From NCBI GenBank assembly GCA_039584815.1, contig JBDGXC010000006.1, positions 1,549 through 65,548 on the forward strand: a DNA stretch of 64,000 bases. Direction: 5' to 3'. The notes below the pieces were generated by a model. That model did not search any database. It saw nothing but the letters and a program-made list of their open reading frames with translations, and was not told the origin of the DNA. Positions within the stretch are counted from its first letter, which is position 1. Every line of letters starts with the position of its first letter. This document shows positions 43,709-53,547 of this stretch, piece after piece. The position numbers and the translations under genes were made by a program. The DNA is from Gemmatimonadota bacterium. Its GTDB lineage: Bacteria; Gemmatimonadota; Gemmatimonadetes; Palauibacterales; Palauibacteraceae.

Positions 43709-45415
43709 ATGACGAACGGCGACGACAGGAAGGCCCTCGACTTTATCCGATCCATGGTGGAGGAGGACATCCGCACCGGGAAGTACGGCGGCCGCGTGGC
43801 CACGCGGTTTCCGCCGGAGCCCAACGGATACCTCCACATCGGTCACACGAAGGCGCTGTGGCTCAACTACGGCATTGCAGAGGAGTACGGCGGGACGTTC
43901 AATCTCCGGTTCGATGATACGAATCCGACGAACGAGGAGCAGCGGTACGTCGACGCGATGATCGAGGACATCCGGTGGATGGGAATCGACTGGGAGGACC
44001 GGTTGTACTTCGCCTCGGACTACTTCGAGCAGATGTACGACTTCGGCGAGCAGCTGATTCGCGCCGGCAAGGCCTACATCGACAGCCTCAGCGAAGCCGG
44101 GATCCGGGAATACCGCGGCACGATCACCGAGGCGGGACGGAACAGCCCGTACCGTGACCGACCCGTGGACGAGAGCCTGGATCTGTTCCGGCGCATGCGG
44201 GCCGGAGAGTTCGGGGACGGGGCGCACGTGCTGAGGGCGAGAATCGACATGGCGCATCCGAACATGCTGATGCGGGACCCGCTGCTGTTTCGGATTCGCC
44301 ATGAGCATCATTACCGGCAGGGCGACGACTGGTGCATATACCCGATGTACGACTACGCGCACTGTCTCGAGGACGCGATCGAGGGCATCACGCATTCCCT
44401 GTGCACGCTCGAGTTCAAGGTGAACCGGGAAATCTACGACTGGGTCCTCGACGCCGTAGGGTTCGAGCATCCGCGCACGGAGCAGACCGAGTTCGCGCGG
44501 CTCAACATCGACTACACGATCATGAGCAAGCGAAAGCTCATCCAGCTCGTGGAGGGCGGATACGTGGCCGGGTGGGATGATCCGCGCATGCCCACGGTGG
44601 CGGGACTTCGGCGCCGGGGGGTCACTCCGGAGGCGATCAGGAAGTTCAACGAGATGAACGGCGTCGCGGATGTCGACAGCCGCATCGAGTACTCGCGCCT
44701 CGAGTTCGCCATACGGGACGACCTCAACTGGCGAGCTCCACGGCGGCTGGCCGTCCTCGACCCGCTCAAGGTCGTAATCACGGATTATCCCGAGGGCAAG
44801 ACCGAGTGGATCGAGGCGCCGGAGTTCCCGCACGATGTGGGCAAGGAGGGCACGCGGCGCATGCCCTTCACGGGGGAAATCTGGATCGAGCGCTCGGATT
44901 TCATGGAGGAGCCGTACCGCAAGTTCTATCGGCTCGCGCCGGACCGGGAAGTCCGCCTGCGACACGCCTACGTCATCAAGTGCGATGAAGTGGTGAAGGA
45001 ACCGGAGACGGGAGAGATCCTTGAGCTGCGATGCTCACACGACAGCGACACCATGGGGGCGAACCCGGCCGACGGCCGGAGAGTCCGCGGCACGATCCAC
45101 TGGGTATCCGCGGAGCACGCTCATCCAGCGGAAGTGCGCCTGTACGACCGTCTGTTCTCGGTGCCGGACCCGGAGGCGGATCTGGAGGAGGGCCAGGACT
45201 TCGTCGTGAACCTGAACCCGGAATCGCTCGTGGTCGTGGAGAACGCGCGGTTGGAGCCCGCCCTGGCCGAGGACTCGCCGGGCACGCGGTACCAGTTCGA
45301 GCGGCACGGCTACTTCATGAGCGATCCGGAGGACTCGACCGCAGATCGTCTGGTGTTCAACCGGACCGTCACTCTCCGCGACAGCTGGGCGAAGATCGCG
45401 GCGAAGCGCAGGTAA
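43709..45415 (+). CDS. glnS: Glutaminyl-tRNA synthetase
   Basis: TRFPPEPNGYLHIGHTKA (HIGH), IMSKRKL (KMSKS) and a beta-barrel anticodon-binding C-terminus. 568 aa and collinear with GlnRS. Confidence 0.9.
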   Translation: MTNGDDRKALDFIRSMVEEDIRTGKYGGRVATRFPPEPNGYLHIGHTKALWLNYGIAEEYGGTFNLRFDDTNPTNEEQRYVDAMIEDIRWMGIDWEDRLYFASDYFEQMYDFGEQLIRAGKAYIDSLSEAGIREYRGTITEAGRNSPYRDRPVDESLDLFRRMRAGEFGDGAHVLRARIDMAHPNMLMRDPLLFRIRHEHHYRQGDDWCIYPMYDYAHCLEDAIEGITHSLCTLEFKVNREIYDWVLDAVGFEHPRTEQTEFARLNIDYTIMSKRKLIQLVEGGYVAGWDDPRMPTVAGLRRRGVTPEAIRKFNEMNGVADVDSRIEYSRLEFAIRDDLNWRAPRRLAVLDPLKVVITDYPEGKTEWIEAPEFPHDVGKEGTRRMPFTGEIWIERSDFMEEPYRKFYRLAPDREVRLRHAYVIKCDEVVKEPETGEILELRCSHDSDTMGANPADGRRVRGTIHWVSAEHAHPAEVRLYDRLFSVPDPEADLEEGQDFVVNLNPESLVVVENARLEPALAEDSPGTRYQFERHGYFMSDPEDSTADRLVFNRTVTLRDSWAKIAAKRR

Positions 45416-45429
45416 AGGGACCGCATCGC

Positions 45430-45870
45430 GCCGACCGCAGAGCCACCAGTCCCACCCGAGAGCGAGCGTGGTCCCGTAATCGTTCTTGGCAGCCCCCTCC
45501 GGCGGCCTGCTGTCGTACTGATCGTAGAAGCTGAAGCTCAGGTAGAAGTCGCCGAACAGGTCCTGCCGGTACTTGATGTCGAAGTCCGCGCGAACGCGGC
45601 CGGACTCGCTGAGGCTCGGGTACACCAGCAAGCTCGACCCGATGTCGTTCTCCCAGTCCCCGAACGTGAAGAAGTTGAAAGAGGTCGCCAACAACGCCTC
45701 CGCCGAGGTGGTCGCCTCGAGCCCCGTGTACCCCTCCCGGTTGCCCAGCAGACCGACCGCCCAACGCCACTCGACCTTGTTGGACTGGAGGATGTCCCTG
45801 CCGCCGAAGGCACCGAGCAGGAGTCGCAACTCCAGGTCCAGTTCCTGATTCTGTTCCAGCTGCGTGAATG
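45430..45870 (-). pseudogene. Remnant of a DUF481 outer-membrane protein paralog (C-terminal third only; stop lost)
   Basis: The translation ...LGAFTQLEQNQELDLELRLLLGAFGGRDIL...NDYGTTLALGWDW aligns with residues about 190-350 of the intact DUF481 gene (FGSLEQNQQIDLDLRQSIGLGAAREL...NDYGLTFSLGYTF). There is no N-terminal part and no start. The frame runs on into antisense glnS. Confidence 0.45.
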
Positions 45871-45885
45871 CGCCGAGGGCCTCGA

Positions 45886-46404
45886 CTAGCCGCCCATTCC
45901 CCCTCCCTCGTCCGCCGTCGGACCGTAGATCATCGGCAGCGGCACGCCGAGCGAGCGCAGGTATACGCCGAGCTGCGCCCTGTGGTGAACGAGGTGGTTC
46001 AGGACCTGCCGGCGGAACACCATGTATTTCGGCGCCGACATCAGTACCTGATCCCCCATCTTCATGGTCCAGTCCCGGTGAAACTCTTCATCGCCCGTGG
46101 CCGCGAGGTTGTCCCGACATTTCGCCTCCGCCGCGTCAAGCTCGGCGAGAATCTCCTCCTTCGCCCGCATCTCGCGCGGCGTCCAGCTCTGCATCTCGGG
46201 CGAAAGGAAGTCGAGGTCGTCGGTCGTGAGGATCGACATCGACCAGCCAGCGAGCTCTGCGACGTGCGTGGCCAGACGACTCAGGCTCATCGATTTCTCG
46301 TGCGGCTTCCAGTCCCAGCGTCCGTCGGGGAGACGGTCCAGCAGTGCGCGCGTAGCCTGGAATTCCTCGTCGAGCTCGGCGAGGAGAAGACCGGCGATCG
46401 TCAT
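45886..46404 (-). CDS. DinB/YfiT-like metal-dependent hydrolase-fold protein (DinB_2 family)
   Basis: 172 aa. W.PHEKSMSL..L..HV...... and the His-rich NHLVHHRAQL motif are typical of DinB-like four-helix bundle proteins. Confidence 0.7.
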   Translation of the reverse strand: MTIAGLLLAELDEEFQATRALLDRLPDGRWDWKPHEKSMSLSRLATHVAELAGWSMSILTTDDLDFLSPEMQSWTPREMRAKEEILAELDAAEAKCRDNLAATGDEEFHRDWTMKMGDQVLMSAPKYMVFRRQVLNHLVHHRAQLGVYLRSLGVPLPMIYGPTADEGGGMGG

Positions 46405-46466
46405 CGGAAGCTCCTGTATCTGGGGACCTCAAGTTCGGCGCGGGAACGGCGGATCTCCGGCACTGC

Positions 46467-48125
46467 TCAAGGAGGTGGCTGGGCCCGGTAGTTGATGACG
46501 GGAATGGTGCGGCGCGGGAACGCGAAACCGGACCCGAAGGCGAACACCCAGCGATCACCGCTGACGTCCTTCCCGATCCTGTACACCAGGTCCGCGCGGC
46601 CCGTCATGGCAACCGTCGAGAGGGCCGAGCCCAATCGGAGACCCGCGCCGACGCTCCCTCCGCTACGGGCAGACTGGTCGTCGTACCAGGCCCCTCCGTA
46701 GTCGAAGAACGCCCCGAACCCGATTCCCACAAGGTTCAGGAACTTGTCCACCGCGTAGAAACGGTGCTCGATCTGGGCCCACCACGTGCGGGTGCCGACG
46801 AACGAGTGGGCCTCCCATCCACGGGGGGCGTTCTCGAAGCCCAGGTCGAACTCGTTGCCGGGAGCCGGATTCCAGAGGCGTCCGAACTGCATCTGGATGG
46901 CCGTGGAATGGCGCTCGGCCGGCTTGAATCCCCCCGCCACGTTGAAGATGACGCGGCCTGAGTCCTGCACGGCGGCGTTCCACAGGTAGTTGGCCTCGAT
47001 CGACGTCCACACCCAGCCGCGCCCGCCGACGACGCCGGATTGGCCGGTGGAGGCCTGCAGGCCGAGGCCGACTCCGGTGCCCGCCCAGCCGAAGCTCTCC
47101 GGAGCGAGCGTGGCGGTCACGCGCACCGTCGAGCTGAGGTCTATGTCCTCGGTGCCGAAACCGTTGAAGCGCTGGTATTGGCGGTACCTCACCTTGCTGA
47201 TCTCGCCCCACAGGCCCAAGGTGCCATAGATCGAGTCCTCGACCATGCCGGCGGCATCCGGATCCAGGAAGTACTGCTCGTTGCGGATTCCGACCGTGGC
47301 ACCGAAGCGGAGGTAGTTGCCCGTGCGGGCCGTCGTGGCCAGACCTGCGTTGAGGTTGTTGACGAAAGCGTCCCTGCGATACACGGTCGTGTCGAGGACG
47401 GTGGTGTCGGCCACATCCTCGACCCGGTACTGCAGGATGTCCTGGTCCGCCCACAGTCCGTCCCACTCGTAGCTCCCGGAGCTCTCCGTGTTGCGGAACG
47501 GGAGGCCGACGATCCAGTTTCCGTTCTTTCCGTCCGACAGCCCCGCGTAGTTGCCCGCGACGTCGATGTTCGATCTGAACGTCCGGTCGAAATCCGCCGA
47601 CGCGTTCAGGCCGTCTCGGTCCAGCTCCTTGACGTAGGCCGCGTATACCTGGTTTCCGGTCCCGAGCAGGTTGATCTCGTTGATTCCGAACGTACCGGTC
47701 CAGTCGCCGGTCGAGGCGATGGAGAACTTGAACTTGGGCTTGGTGCTCCACCCGTCCTGGCTGCGCACGACGATCGCGAGGCGTCCGTCTTCCAGCGTCG
47801 TGCTGTCCATGGACAGCTCGCGGAAGATCCGCTTGAGTCGAAGCTGGCGCTCGGACTCGGCAATGGCGGCGGAATCGTACGGCTCTCCGCGCTCGAACTG
47901 CAGGTAGTCGCGGATCACGTACTCCTTGGTCACGATGTGGAGCTTGTTCATGATCCGGAAGATTCCGCTGCTCGCGGCTTCCTCCTCATTGAACACGTTG
48001 TCGCGCGTGATGATGACCGTGTCGATGATCGCCGGACGGGAGGCGACCTCCTGTGCGGGGGCCGGGACGGCGAGGAACGCGGCCGCGGCCGCTCCGACGA
48101 GGACCTGGACGGGGTGGGGTCTCAT
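46467..48125 (-). CDS. Omp85-family outer-membrane protein (POTRA + surface-antigen D15 beta-barrel)
   Basis: Signal peptide. The C-terminal barrel carries FDLGFENAPRGW, FYAVDKFLNLVGIGFGAFFDYGGAW and a terminal ...FGSGFAFPRRTIPVINYRAQPPP. Confidence 0.75.
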   Translation of the reverse strand: MRPHPVQVLVGAAAAAFLAVPAPAQEVASRPAIIDTVIITRDNVFNEEEAASSGIFRIMNKLHIVTKEYVIRDYLQFERGEPYDSAAIAESERQLRLKRIFRELSMDSTTLEDGRLAIVVRSQDGWSTKPKFKFSIASTGDWTGTFGINEINLLGTGNQVYAAYVKELDRDGLNASADFDRTFRSNIDVAGNYAGLSDGKNGNWIVGLPFRNTESSGSYEWDGLWADQDILQYRVEDVADTTVLDTTVYRRDAFVNNLNAGLATTARTGNYLRFGATVGIRNEQYFLDPDAAGMVEDSIYGTLGLWGEISKVRYRQYQRFNGFGTEDIDLSSTVRVTATLAPESFGWAGTGVGLGLQASTGQSGVVGGRGWVWTSIEANYLWNAAVQDSGRVIFNVAGGFKPAERHSTAIQMQFGRLWNPAPGNEFDLGFENAPRGWEAHSFVGTRTWWAQIEHRFYAVDKFLNLVGIGFGAFFDYGGAWYDDQSARSGGSVGAGLRLGSALSTVAMTGRADLVYRIGKDVSGDRWVFAFGSGFAFPRRTIPVINYRAQPPP

Positions 48126-48261
48126 CGAGAGAGCGATCTCGCTTGAGCCGTGGACGGTTGAGTGAACGAGGCAAACTATTCACTGCCTGGCGCTAGCGCA
48201 CGCTCCGGCAGGAGGTTTGGCCAGTCGCCGCCGGACTCCTAGATTGGCGCTCTCATGGGGT

Positions 48262-48849
48262 TCAGGAGGAGGCTCGCCACTTCCCGACCGGTCCGCGCTC
48301 GGCACCGGTCGCCTCGTTGTCCAGCACGGCCGATGACGTCCGGTAGATCACCTCCCCGAGAGCCATGCCACCCAGTGTCGTGTTGAATACGTCATTGCCC
48401 GCCATCGGGTGACGCTCCGCACAGCACTCCCACATCAGGCTGCCGGTCAGCGTCAGCGGCAGCGCCCTCCAGAAGCCCATTCCGTTGGACCGGGCCGCAT
48501 TGTGGTAAAGCGCTCCATCGTACGCGTGTTCCGACAGGTTCGTGGCGAACGGGTTCGTGTCCCACTTGAAGCCGTTCATGATGTTGTCCCACGTCCTTGG
48601 ACACACGACCGTGAAGTCGGCTTGTCGGACGTAGTAGTTGACGCTCCACGCGAAGACATTGATCCCGATGACTTCGCCGGCGGCGACCAGCGGACGCGCG
48701 GTGACCCCCCAGGCGTCCACATGGTGTGTATCCTGCGCCCGCAGCCCGTCGTTCATGCACAGGATCATCAAGACGAGAGCCAGGAAGCGAAGCCCCCTCG
48801 CCCGGCTCCTTCGTACGCGCACGTTGCTCGGAGAATCGTGTATCCGCAT
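48262..48849 (-). CDS. Hypothetical secreted protein
   Basis: Signal peptide (LRFLALVLMILCMNDGLRAQD). No recognisable domain. The codon usage is consistent with neighbouring genes. Confidence 0.4.
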   Translation of the reverse strand: MRIHDSPSNVRVRRSRARGLRFLALVLMILCMNDGLRAQDTHHVDAWGVTARPLVAAGEVIGINVFAWSVNYYVRQADFTVVCPRTWDNIMNGFKWDTNPFATNLSEHAYDGALYHNAARSNGMGFWRALPLTLTGSLMWECCAERHPMAGNDVFNTTLGGMALGEVIYRTSSAVLDNEATGAERGPVGKWRASS

Positions 48850-48908
48850 ACGAAGACGAGTTCTTAGCGCTCCGGCACATCCAAGTACGTGAGAGGTCTA
48901 CCCCGGTT

Positions 48909-49277
48909 TCAGCCTCCCGGGGCCGGCCCCCCGCGCCGGAGCCTGGTACGCGCCTTCACGGTGAGGGAAACCAGGGCGACGAGGAATCCGGCGAAGAAGA
49001 TGCCGCTGCCGAACAGTGCGACGTGCTGGCCGACCCCCGGGGCGAACGAGACGTCGGCCACGAGACCGAGCAGTCCGGCGATGGCCCCGGCGCCCGCGGC
49101 GACGATCCCGATCAGGCGAACCCAATCGGCACTCGTCTGCGGGGGATCTTCCTCACGCAGCAGACGCCACATCATGAACGCGACCACGCCCACGGCGATC
49201 GCGATCACGACATAGGAGAAGGGATCGCCCTCGCTCAGTCCTTCGAGAATCCTGCGGATGAGCCTGCCATCGTCCAC
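48909..49277 (-). CDS. Hypothetical small membrane protein (2-3 TM)
   Basis: 122 aa with hydrophobic helices (YVVIAIAVGVVAFMMW; LIGIVAAGAGAIAGLLGLV; IFFAGFLVALVSL). Confidence 0.4.
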   Translation of the reverse strand: MDDGRLIRRILEGLSEGDPFSYVVIAIAVGVVAFMMWRLLREEDPPQTSADWVRLIGIVAAGAGAIAGLLGLVADVSFAPGVGQHVALFGSGIFFAGFLVALVSLTVKARTRLRRGGPAPGG

Positions 49278-49391
49278 TATGAGGCCTCCAGCCCACCGGG
49301 TCCGGCAGAGTCGTCCAACCCTGGTCCAACCTGCAGAGATGATAGCATCTCCGGCACTACTTTCATACGGGTCGCGGCCGATTTCGTGCCG

Positions 49392-49583
49392 TCAGTCCCG
49401 GTCTCGGAAGTAGACGATCATGGGGCGGATCAACAGAAGCAGGCCGATCGCGACAAACGCCCAGATATTCTGCTTCACGAAGTCGGCCAGAAGGGCGCCC
49501 GCGACCATGCCCAAGAGGAGCATGCTCCATTTGAACAGGGCCAGGTCAATGGGGCGCCACGGCCTTTTCCGGAACAGCTTCAT
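49392..49583 (-). CDS. Hypothetical small membrane protein (63 aa, 2 TM)
   Basis: MKLFRKRPWRPIDLALFKWSMLLLGMVAGALLADFVKQNIWAFVAIGLLLLIRPMIVYF. Start chosen at the internal ATG of the 84-aa ORF. Confidence 0.35.
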   Translation of the reverse strand: MKLFRKRPWRPIDLALFKWSMLLLGMVAGALLADFVKQNIWAFVAIGLLLLIRPMIVYFRDRD

Positions 49584-49711
49584 GCGACCTCCAGCGGGTG
49601 ATTCGACTCTCGTGTCTGTGCGGTGCCCGCCACTGGCGCACGGCACGCCCGGCCTCGAATGTAGAAGGCGACGCGCCGGACGTCACGGTGCACGAACCCC
49701 GCGGGGATCTC

Positions 49712-50617
49712 ATGTGCGACGAGCAGACAGACAGGCGTCCCGAAGACGCCGAGTCGCCCCCGGCCGCTGACGAGGCCTCGAGTTCCGAGACGCACCCGGA
49801 GGCCGAGGCGGCTTCGGGGGCTCACATCCGCCAGGAGTGGCTGCGCACCGTTGCATGGGCCGGCGGCGCCACCGGGGCCGCGATCCTCGTGTGGCTGGCG
49901 TGGACGTGGATCACGTGGCCCGACGTCGGAGCGCTGCGTGCCGACAACCCCGCGACTACGGCCTTCATCGAGATGTATCGGGAGTCGCAACGCGAGCAGG
50001 GACGCGGCGAGGCGGTCGACTGGACGTGGGTACCGTACGACGAGATCTCATCGAACCTGAAGCGCGTCGTGGTCGCGAGCGAGGACACCGAGTTCTTCTT
50101 CCACGACGGGTTCTCGGAACACGAGCTGCGGGAGGCGCTCAAGAAGGCCGTACGCGAGCGGGAGGCGCCGCGCGGAGCGTCCACTATCACGCAGCAGCTC
50201 GCCAAGAACTTGTGGCTGTCGCCACGGCGCACTCTCACCCGGAAGCTCCGGGAGGGCATCCTCACTCGCCAGCTGGAGAGTGAGCTCTCCAAGGAGCGGA
50301 TCCTGGAGCTGTATCTGAACTTGGTCGAGCTCGGACCCGGCGTGTACGGGGCGGAGGCAGCGGCGAGACGGTACTTCGGGATCGCGGCGACGGACCTGTC
50401 GCTCCGCCAGGCCGCCATGCTCGCGGCGGCGCTCCCCCGACCGAAGCGCTGGAATCCCACGAGCGATAGCGAATACTATGCCCGACGCGTGGATCGCATT
50501 CTGGAGATCGAGCGGCAGCTCGAGTACCTCGACCGGTACATCGGGACTCCGGCACCCGCATCGGTCCACGTTGACCCTCCCGCGATCGAGGATCCCTCCG
50601 AGATGGAATCGCCATAG
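49712..50617 (+). CDS. mtgA: Monofunctional biosynthetic peptidoglycan transglycosylase
   Basis: GT51 motifs ASEDTEFFFHDGFS, GASTITQQLAKNL, RKLREGILTRQLE and YLNLVELGPGVYGAEAAARRYF. N-terminal TM anchor. Confidence 0.85.
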   Translation: MCDEQTDRRPEDAESPPAADEASSSETHPEAEAASGAHIRQEWLRTVAWAGGATGAAILVWLAWTWITWPDVGALRADNPATTAFIEMYRESQREQGRGEAVDWTWVPYDEISSNLKRVVVASEDTEFFFHDGFSEHELREALKKAVREREAPRGASTITQQLAKNLWLSPRRTLTRKLREGILTRQLESELSKERILELYLNLVELGPGVYGAEAAARRYFGIAATDLSLRQAAMLAAALPRPKRWNPTSDSEYYARRVDRILEIERQLEYLDRYIGTPAPASVHVDPPAIEDPSEMESP

Positions 50618-50680
50618 GCTCGCTCCGGCTCCGCGGGTGCGCGAATCGTCATCGCGCGGCAGACGAAGTATCATGTTCAC

Positions 50681-51637
50681 ATGGCCCGGAGTCGATCACC
50701 GGGAACGTCATTCCCGGCCTACACTGGTCTTACACCGTCGGAGCTCCACGACAGGGCGCGGCGCGCCGTGTCGCATCTGGCGGACTGTCGTCTGTGCCCC
50801 AGAGACTGCGGGGTGGACCGCCTCGCCGATCGCTGGTCCGCCTGCAAGACCGGCCGGTACGCCAGCGTGAGCAGTTGCTTCCCTCACTTCGGTGAGGAGG
50901 ATTGCCTGCGGGGCGCCCGGGGGTCCGGCACGGTGTTCTTCGCGCACTGCAACCTCCGCTGCGTGTTCTGTCAGAACTACGACATCAGCCAGGCGGGGCG
51001 TCCTGGAGCCGGGCGCGGACTGCGGCCGCACGAGCTCGCCACGCTCATGCTCGAGCTGCAGGCGCGCGGCTGTCACAACATCAATCTCGTGACGCCGGAG
51101 CACGTCGTTCCGCAGATCCTCGAATCGCTTCCGCTCGCCGTGGAGGACGGTCTGCGGCTCCCCATCGTGTACAACACGAGCGCGTACGACTCGCTGGACA
51201 GCATCGACCTCCTGGGCGGAATCGTGGACATCTACATGCCCGACTTCAAGCTGTGGTCCGGCGAGCGGAGCCGGACCTGGCTCAAGGCGAGCGACTATCC
51301 GGCCGTGGCGCGGGCGGCGATCCGGGCTATGCACCTGCAGGTGGGTTCCCTCGAGCTGGACGCGGGCGGACTGGCGCGGCGGGGCGTGCTCGTCCGGCAC
51401 CTGATGATGCCCGGCTGCTTCGACGAGACGGCATCGATCCTGGGCTGGCTGGCGGACGAGCTGGGGCCCGGCACGTATGTCAACCTGATGGACCAGTACC
51501 GGCCGGCGGGAAAGGTCGACGGGCGACACTATCCGGAGCTCGATCGACGGGTTCCCGCGGCCGAGGTCCAGAAAGCCGTGGCACTCGCCGAACGGCTGGG
51601 GCTCCGACTGGACCAACGGGCGGCCGTTCCGCCCTAG
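50681..51637 (+). CDS. Radical SAM enzyme, pyruvate-formate-lyase-activating-enzyme-like (PflX/YjjW family)
   Basis: CNLRCVFCQNY (CxxxCxxC). An upstream Cys cluster CRLCPRDCG is also present. 318 aa. Confidence 0.75.
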   Translation: MARSRSPGTSFPAYTGLTPSELHDRARRAVSHLADCRLCPRDCGVDRLADRWSACKTGRYASVSSCFPHFGEEDCLRGARGSGTVFFAHCNLRCVFCQNYDISQAGRPGAGRGLRPHELATLMLELQARGCHNINLVTPEHVVPQILESLPLAVEDGLRLPIVYNTSAYDSLDSIDLLGGIVDIYMPDFKLWSGERSRTWLKASDYPAVARAAIRAMHLQVGSLELDAGGLARRGVLVRHLMMPGCFDETASILGWLADELGPGTYVNLMDQYRPAGKVDGRHYPELDRRVPAAEVQKAVALAERLGLRLDQRAAVPP

Positions 51638-51903
51638 GGCGGAACACCGTCGCCCCGGAACCTCCAGGGTCCCGGGGCGGCGGTGGCTCACCGCGAGCGC
51701 CGGTCTGCGGCTCGGCTCAGTCGGACGCCGCGATCGACTCGGCGGGCTCGTCCTCCAGTACCCTCACCTCGCCGAAGCCGAGGGCCCGCACGGGCTCTTC
51801 GATCTGGGAAAGATCTCCTACGACGACCCACGTCAGCTGCCCGGGCGCCCGGCGAACGCCGGGCGCCCCGCGATCGGCCACCCCTCGCGTGGCTCCGATC
51901 ACC

Positions 51904-52491
51904 CTAGCTGCAGGTGACGTCCTTCTTGTTGACCGATCCGTCCGAGCTCGACGGATCGATCGTGCAGGTGATGACCAGCACGACGTTACCCGCTGGCTGC
52001 TCTACCGTGATCTGGGCGTAATAGAAGGCCAGGTCATCGATCGTCTCCACCCAGTTCGGGTTCGGGCAATCCGGCGCACCGGGGATTACGGATGGAGGCG
52101 CGATCGTCGTCACGCTGAACGGCGTGTTCCCGTTCTTGACCTCTGTCTCCGGGATCGAGACCGAGCCGGCCACCGTGATCGGGGCCGGGTTCTGGCCGGG
52201 CGCCGCGTTGCCGCCATTGTTGGTGCACGTCGACGTCACGTCTGCCGTGGCCTCGATGCTGATGCGCACGTCACCGTTCCCGAGGCCGGAGAGCTCGCCG
52301 GACGCGTTGAGCGTGAGCCCGCCGTCGTAAAATGACGGCTCGGCGTTCTTTCCACCCTTCAGGTGGACGTTCGCGAAGCTCGCCGTCTGCTCGACGACCA
52401 CGTCGTCCGACATGCCCGTGGGTGGAGCCTGGTCGCAGCTCATCGCCACGAAGGCGGTGATCAGGATACAGATGGGGATGCGCGCTCGCAT
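51904..52491 (-). CDS. Hypothetical lipoprotein
   Basis: Signal peptide plus lipobox (ITAFVAMSC). The mature protein is Ser/Thr/Gly-rich and likely beta-rich. Confidence 0.45.
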   Translation of the reverse strand: MRARIPICILITAFVAMSCDQAPPTGMSDDVVVEQTASFANVHLKGGKNAEPSFYDGGLTLNASGELSGLGNGDVRISIEATADVTSTCTNNGGNAAPGQNPAPITVAGSVSIPETEVKNGNTPFSVTTIAPPSVIPGAPDCPNPNWVETIDDLAFYYAQITVEQPAGNVVLVITCTIDPSSSDGSVNKKDVTCS

Positions 52492-53547
52492 GGGAACCTC
52501 CCTTGTTTTGGGGACAACCGGCGCTCAAGCGCCGCATGTGTCCCGCAGGATGCGCGGGCTGGATGCCCGCGGAAGCCTCCTTCGGCAGCCAGGCAACCCC
52601 GGCGTATCGGGCCCGAAATTCCTGGCTTTGCGTACCGACAGCACGCTGCCGGCGTGCCCTTGTCGGAAGGCGCACAACGCACACTTAGCTACCTCTTGAT
52701 GCCGTCAGGCTGACGGGACCGGTCGCGACGGGCCTCATGCGGGCGGTGTCCCGCGGGACAGCGCATGAAGGGCGGATCAGGCGACCTTGCAGATAAGATC
52801 AAGGCTTTCCTGGTGCAGGTCAAGTGTTGTAGACATGCCACATGGAGGTTGGAAACACCGTCTGCGAGGCGGTGCTTTCCAGGTCGTCGGGGCCCGGCCG
52901 TTCGGGCTGCGGAAGCTTGAGAAGAAGCCTCGGATCAGGTCCTCGAACGACCCGGTACGGACGTGGTCCCGCATCCGCTTGCTGACAAGCCGGGTGAATC
53001 TGATCTCCGGTCCGGTTCGTACGTACGTGTGAGCAGGAGGTGACACGTGGAACGATGCCACGGTCGGACGAAATCGGGAGATCGCTGTAAACGGTCGGCC
53101 CGCGAGGGCTCGTCCTGCTGCGCGATCCACGCCGCGCAGGCGGAGGCGACGCCCGGAGAAGCGGACGCCACGGATCAGCCGTCAGAGGAACGAGGAACGC
53201 TGGACACCCTTGTCCTCGTTGCTGCTACAGGAGTTGTCGTCGTAGCGCTCCTCACGGTCCGGCGCTTCTTCCGGATTCTGTAGTGGGCCGCTAGCGCATC
53301 CTACTCGAGGTGATGCGCTGGGAAGGATAGGACGAGCCTACTCCTCTACGTTCGGAGGTTTCCCGGACGCGGACCAGGTGCCTTATCCGCTCATCCCCGG
53401 CAACCTGGGAACGAGCATTGGCGCTCGCCTTCGGTGCTCGCGGTAGCTCTCGCCGAACCGACGATGGCGATCCGGTTTGCCTTCGCGTCCCATGCGTCGC
53501 TACCGTTCCCCCCGCTCACCTGCCGGCCCATCCTCGAGGAGACGCAC

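Noticed and set aside
46663-48146. 362-aa minus and 368-aa plus ORFs within the Omp85 locus
   Set aside because: Alternative frames or antisense of the Omp85 gene. Only the 552-aa frame shows the signal peptide, the POTRA-like region and the surface-antigen barrel.
51717-51902. 61-aa minus ORF between the radical SAM and lipoprotein genes
   Set aside because: It starts in a shifted frame exactly at the lipoprotein stop. The translation is random-looking, with no RBS.
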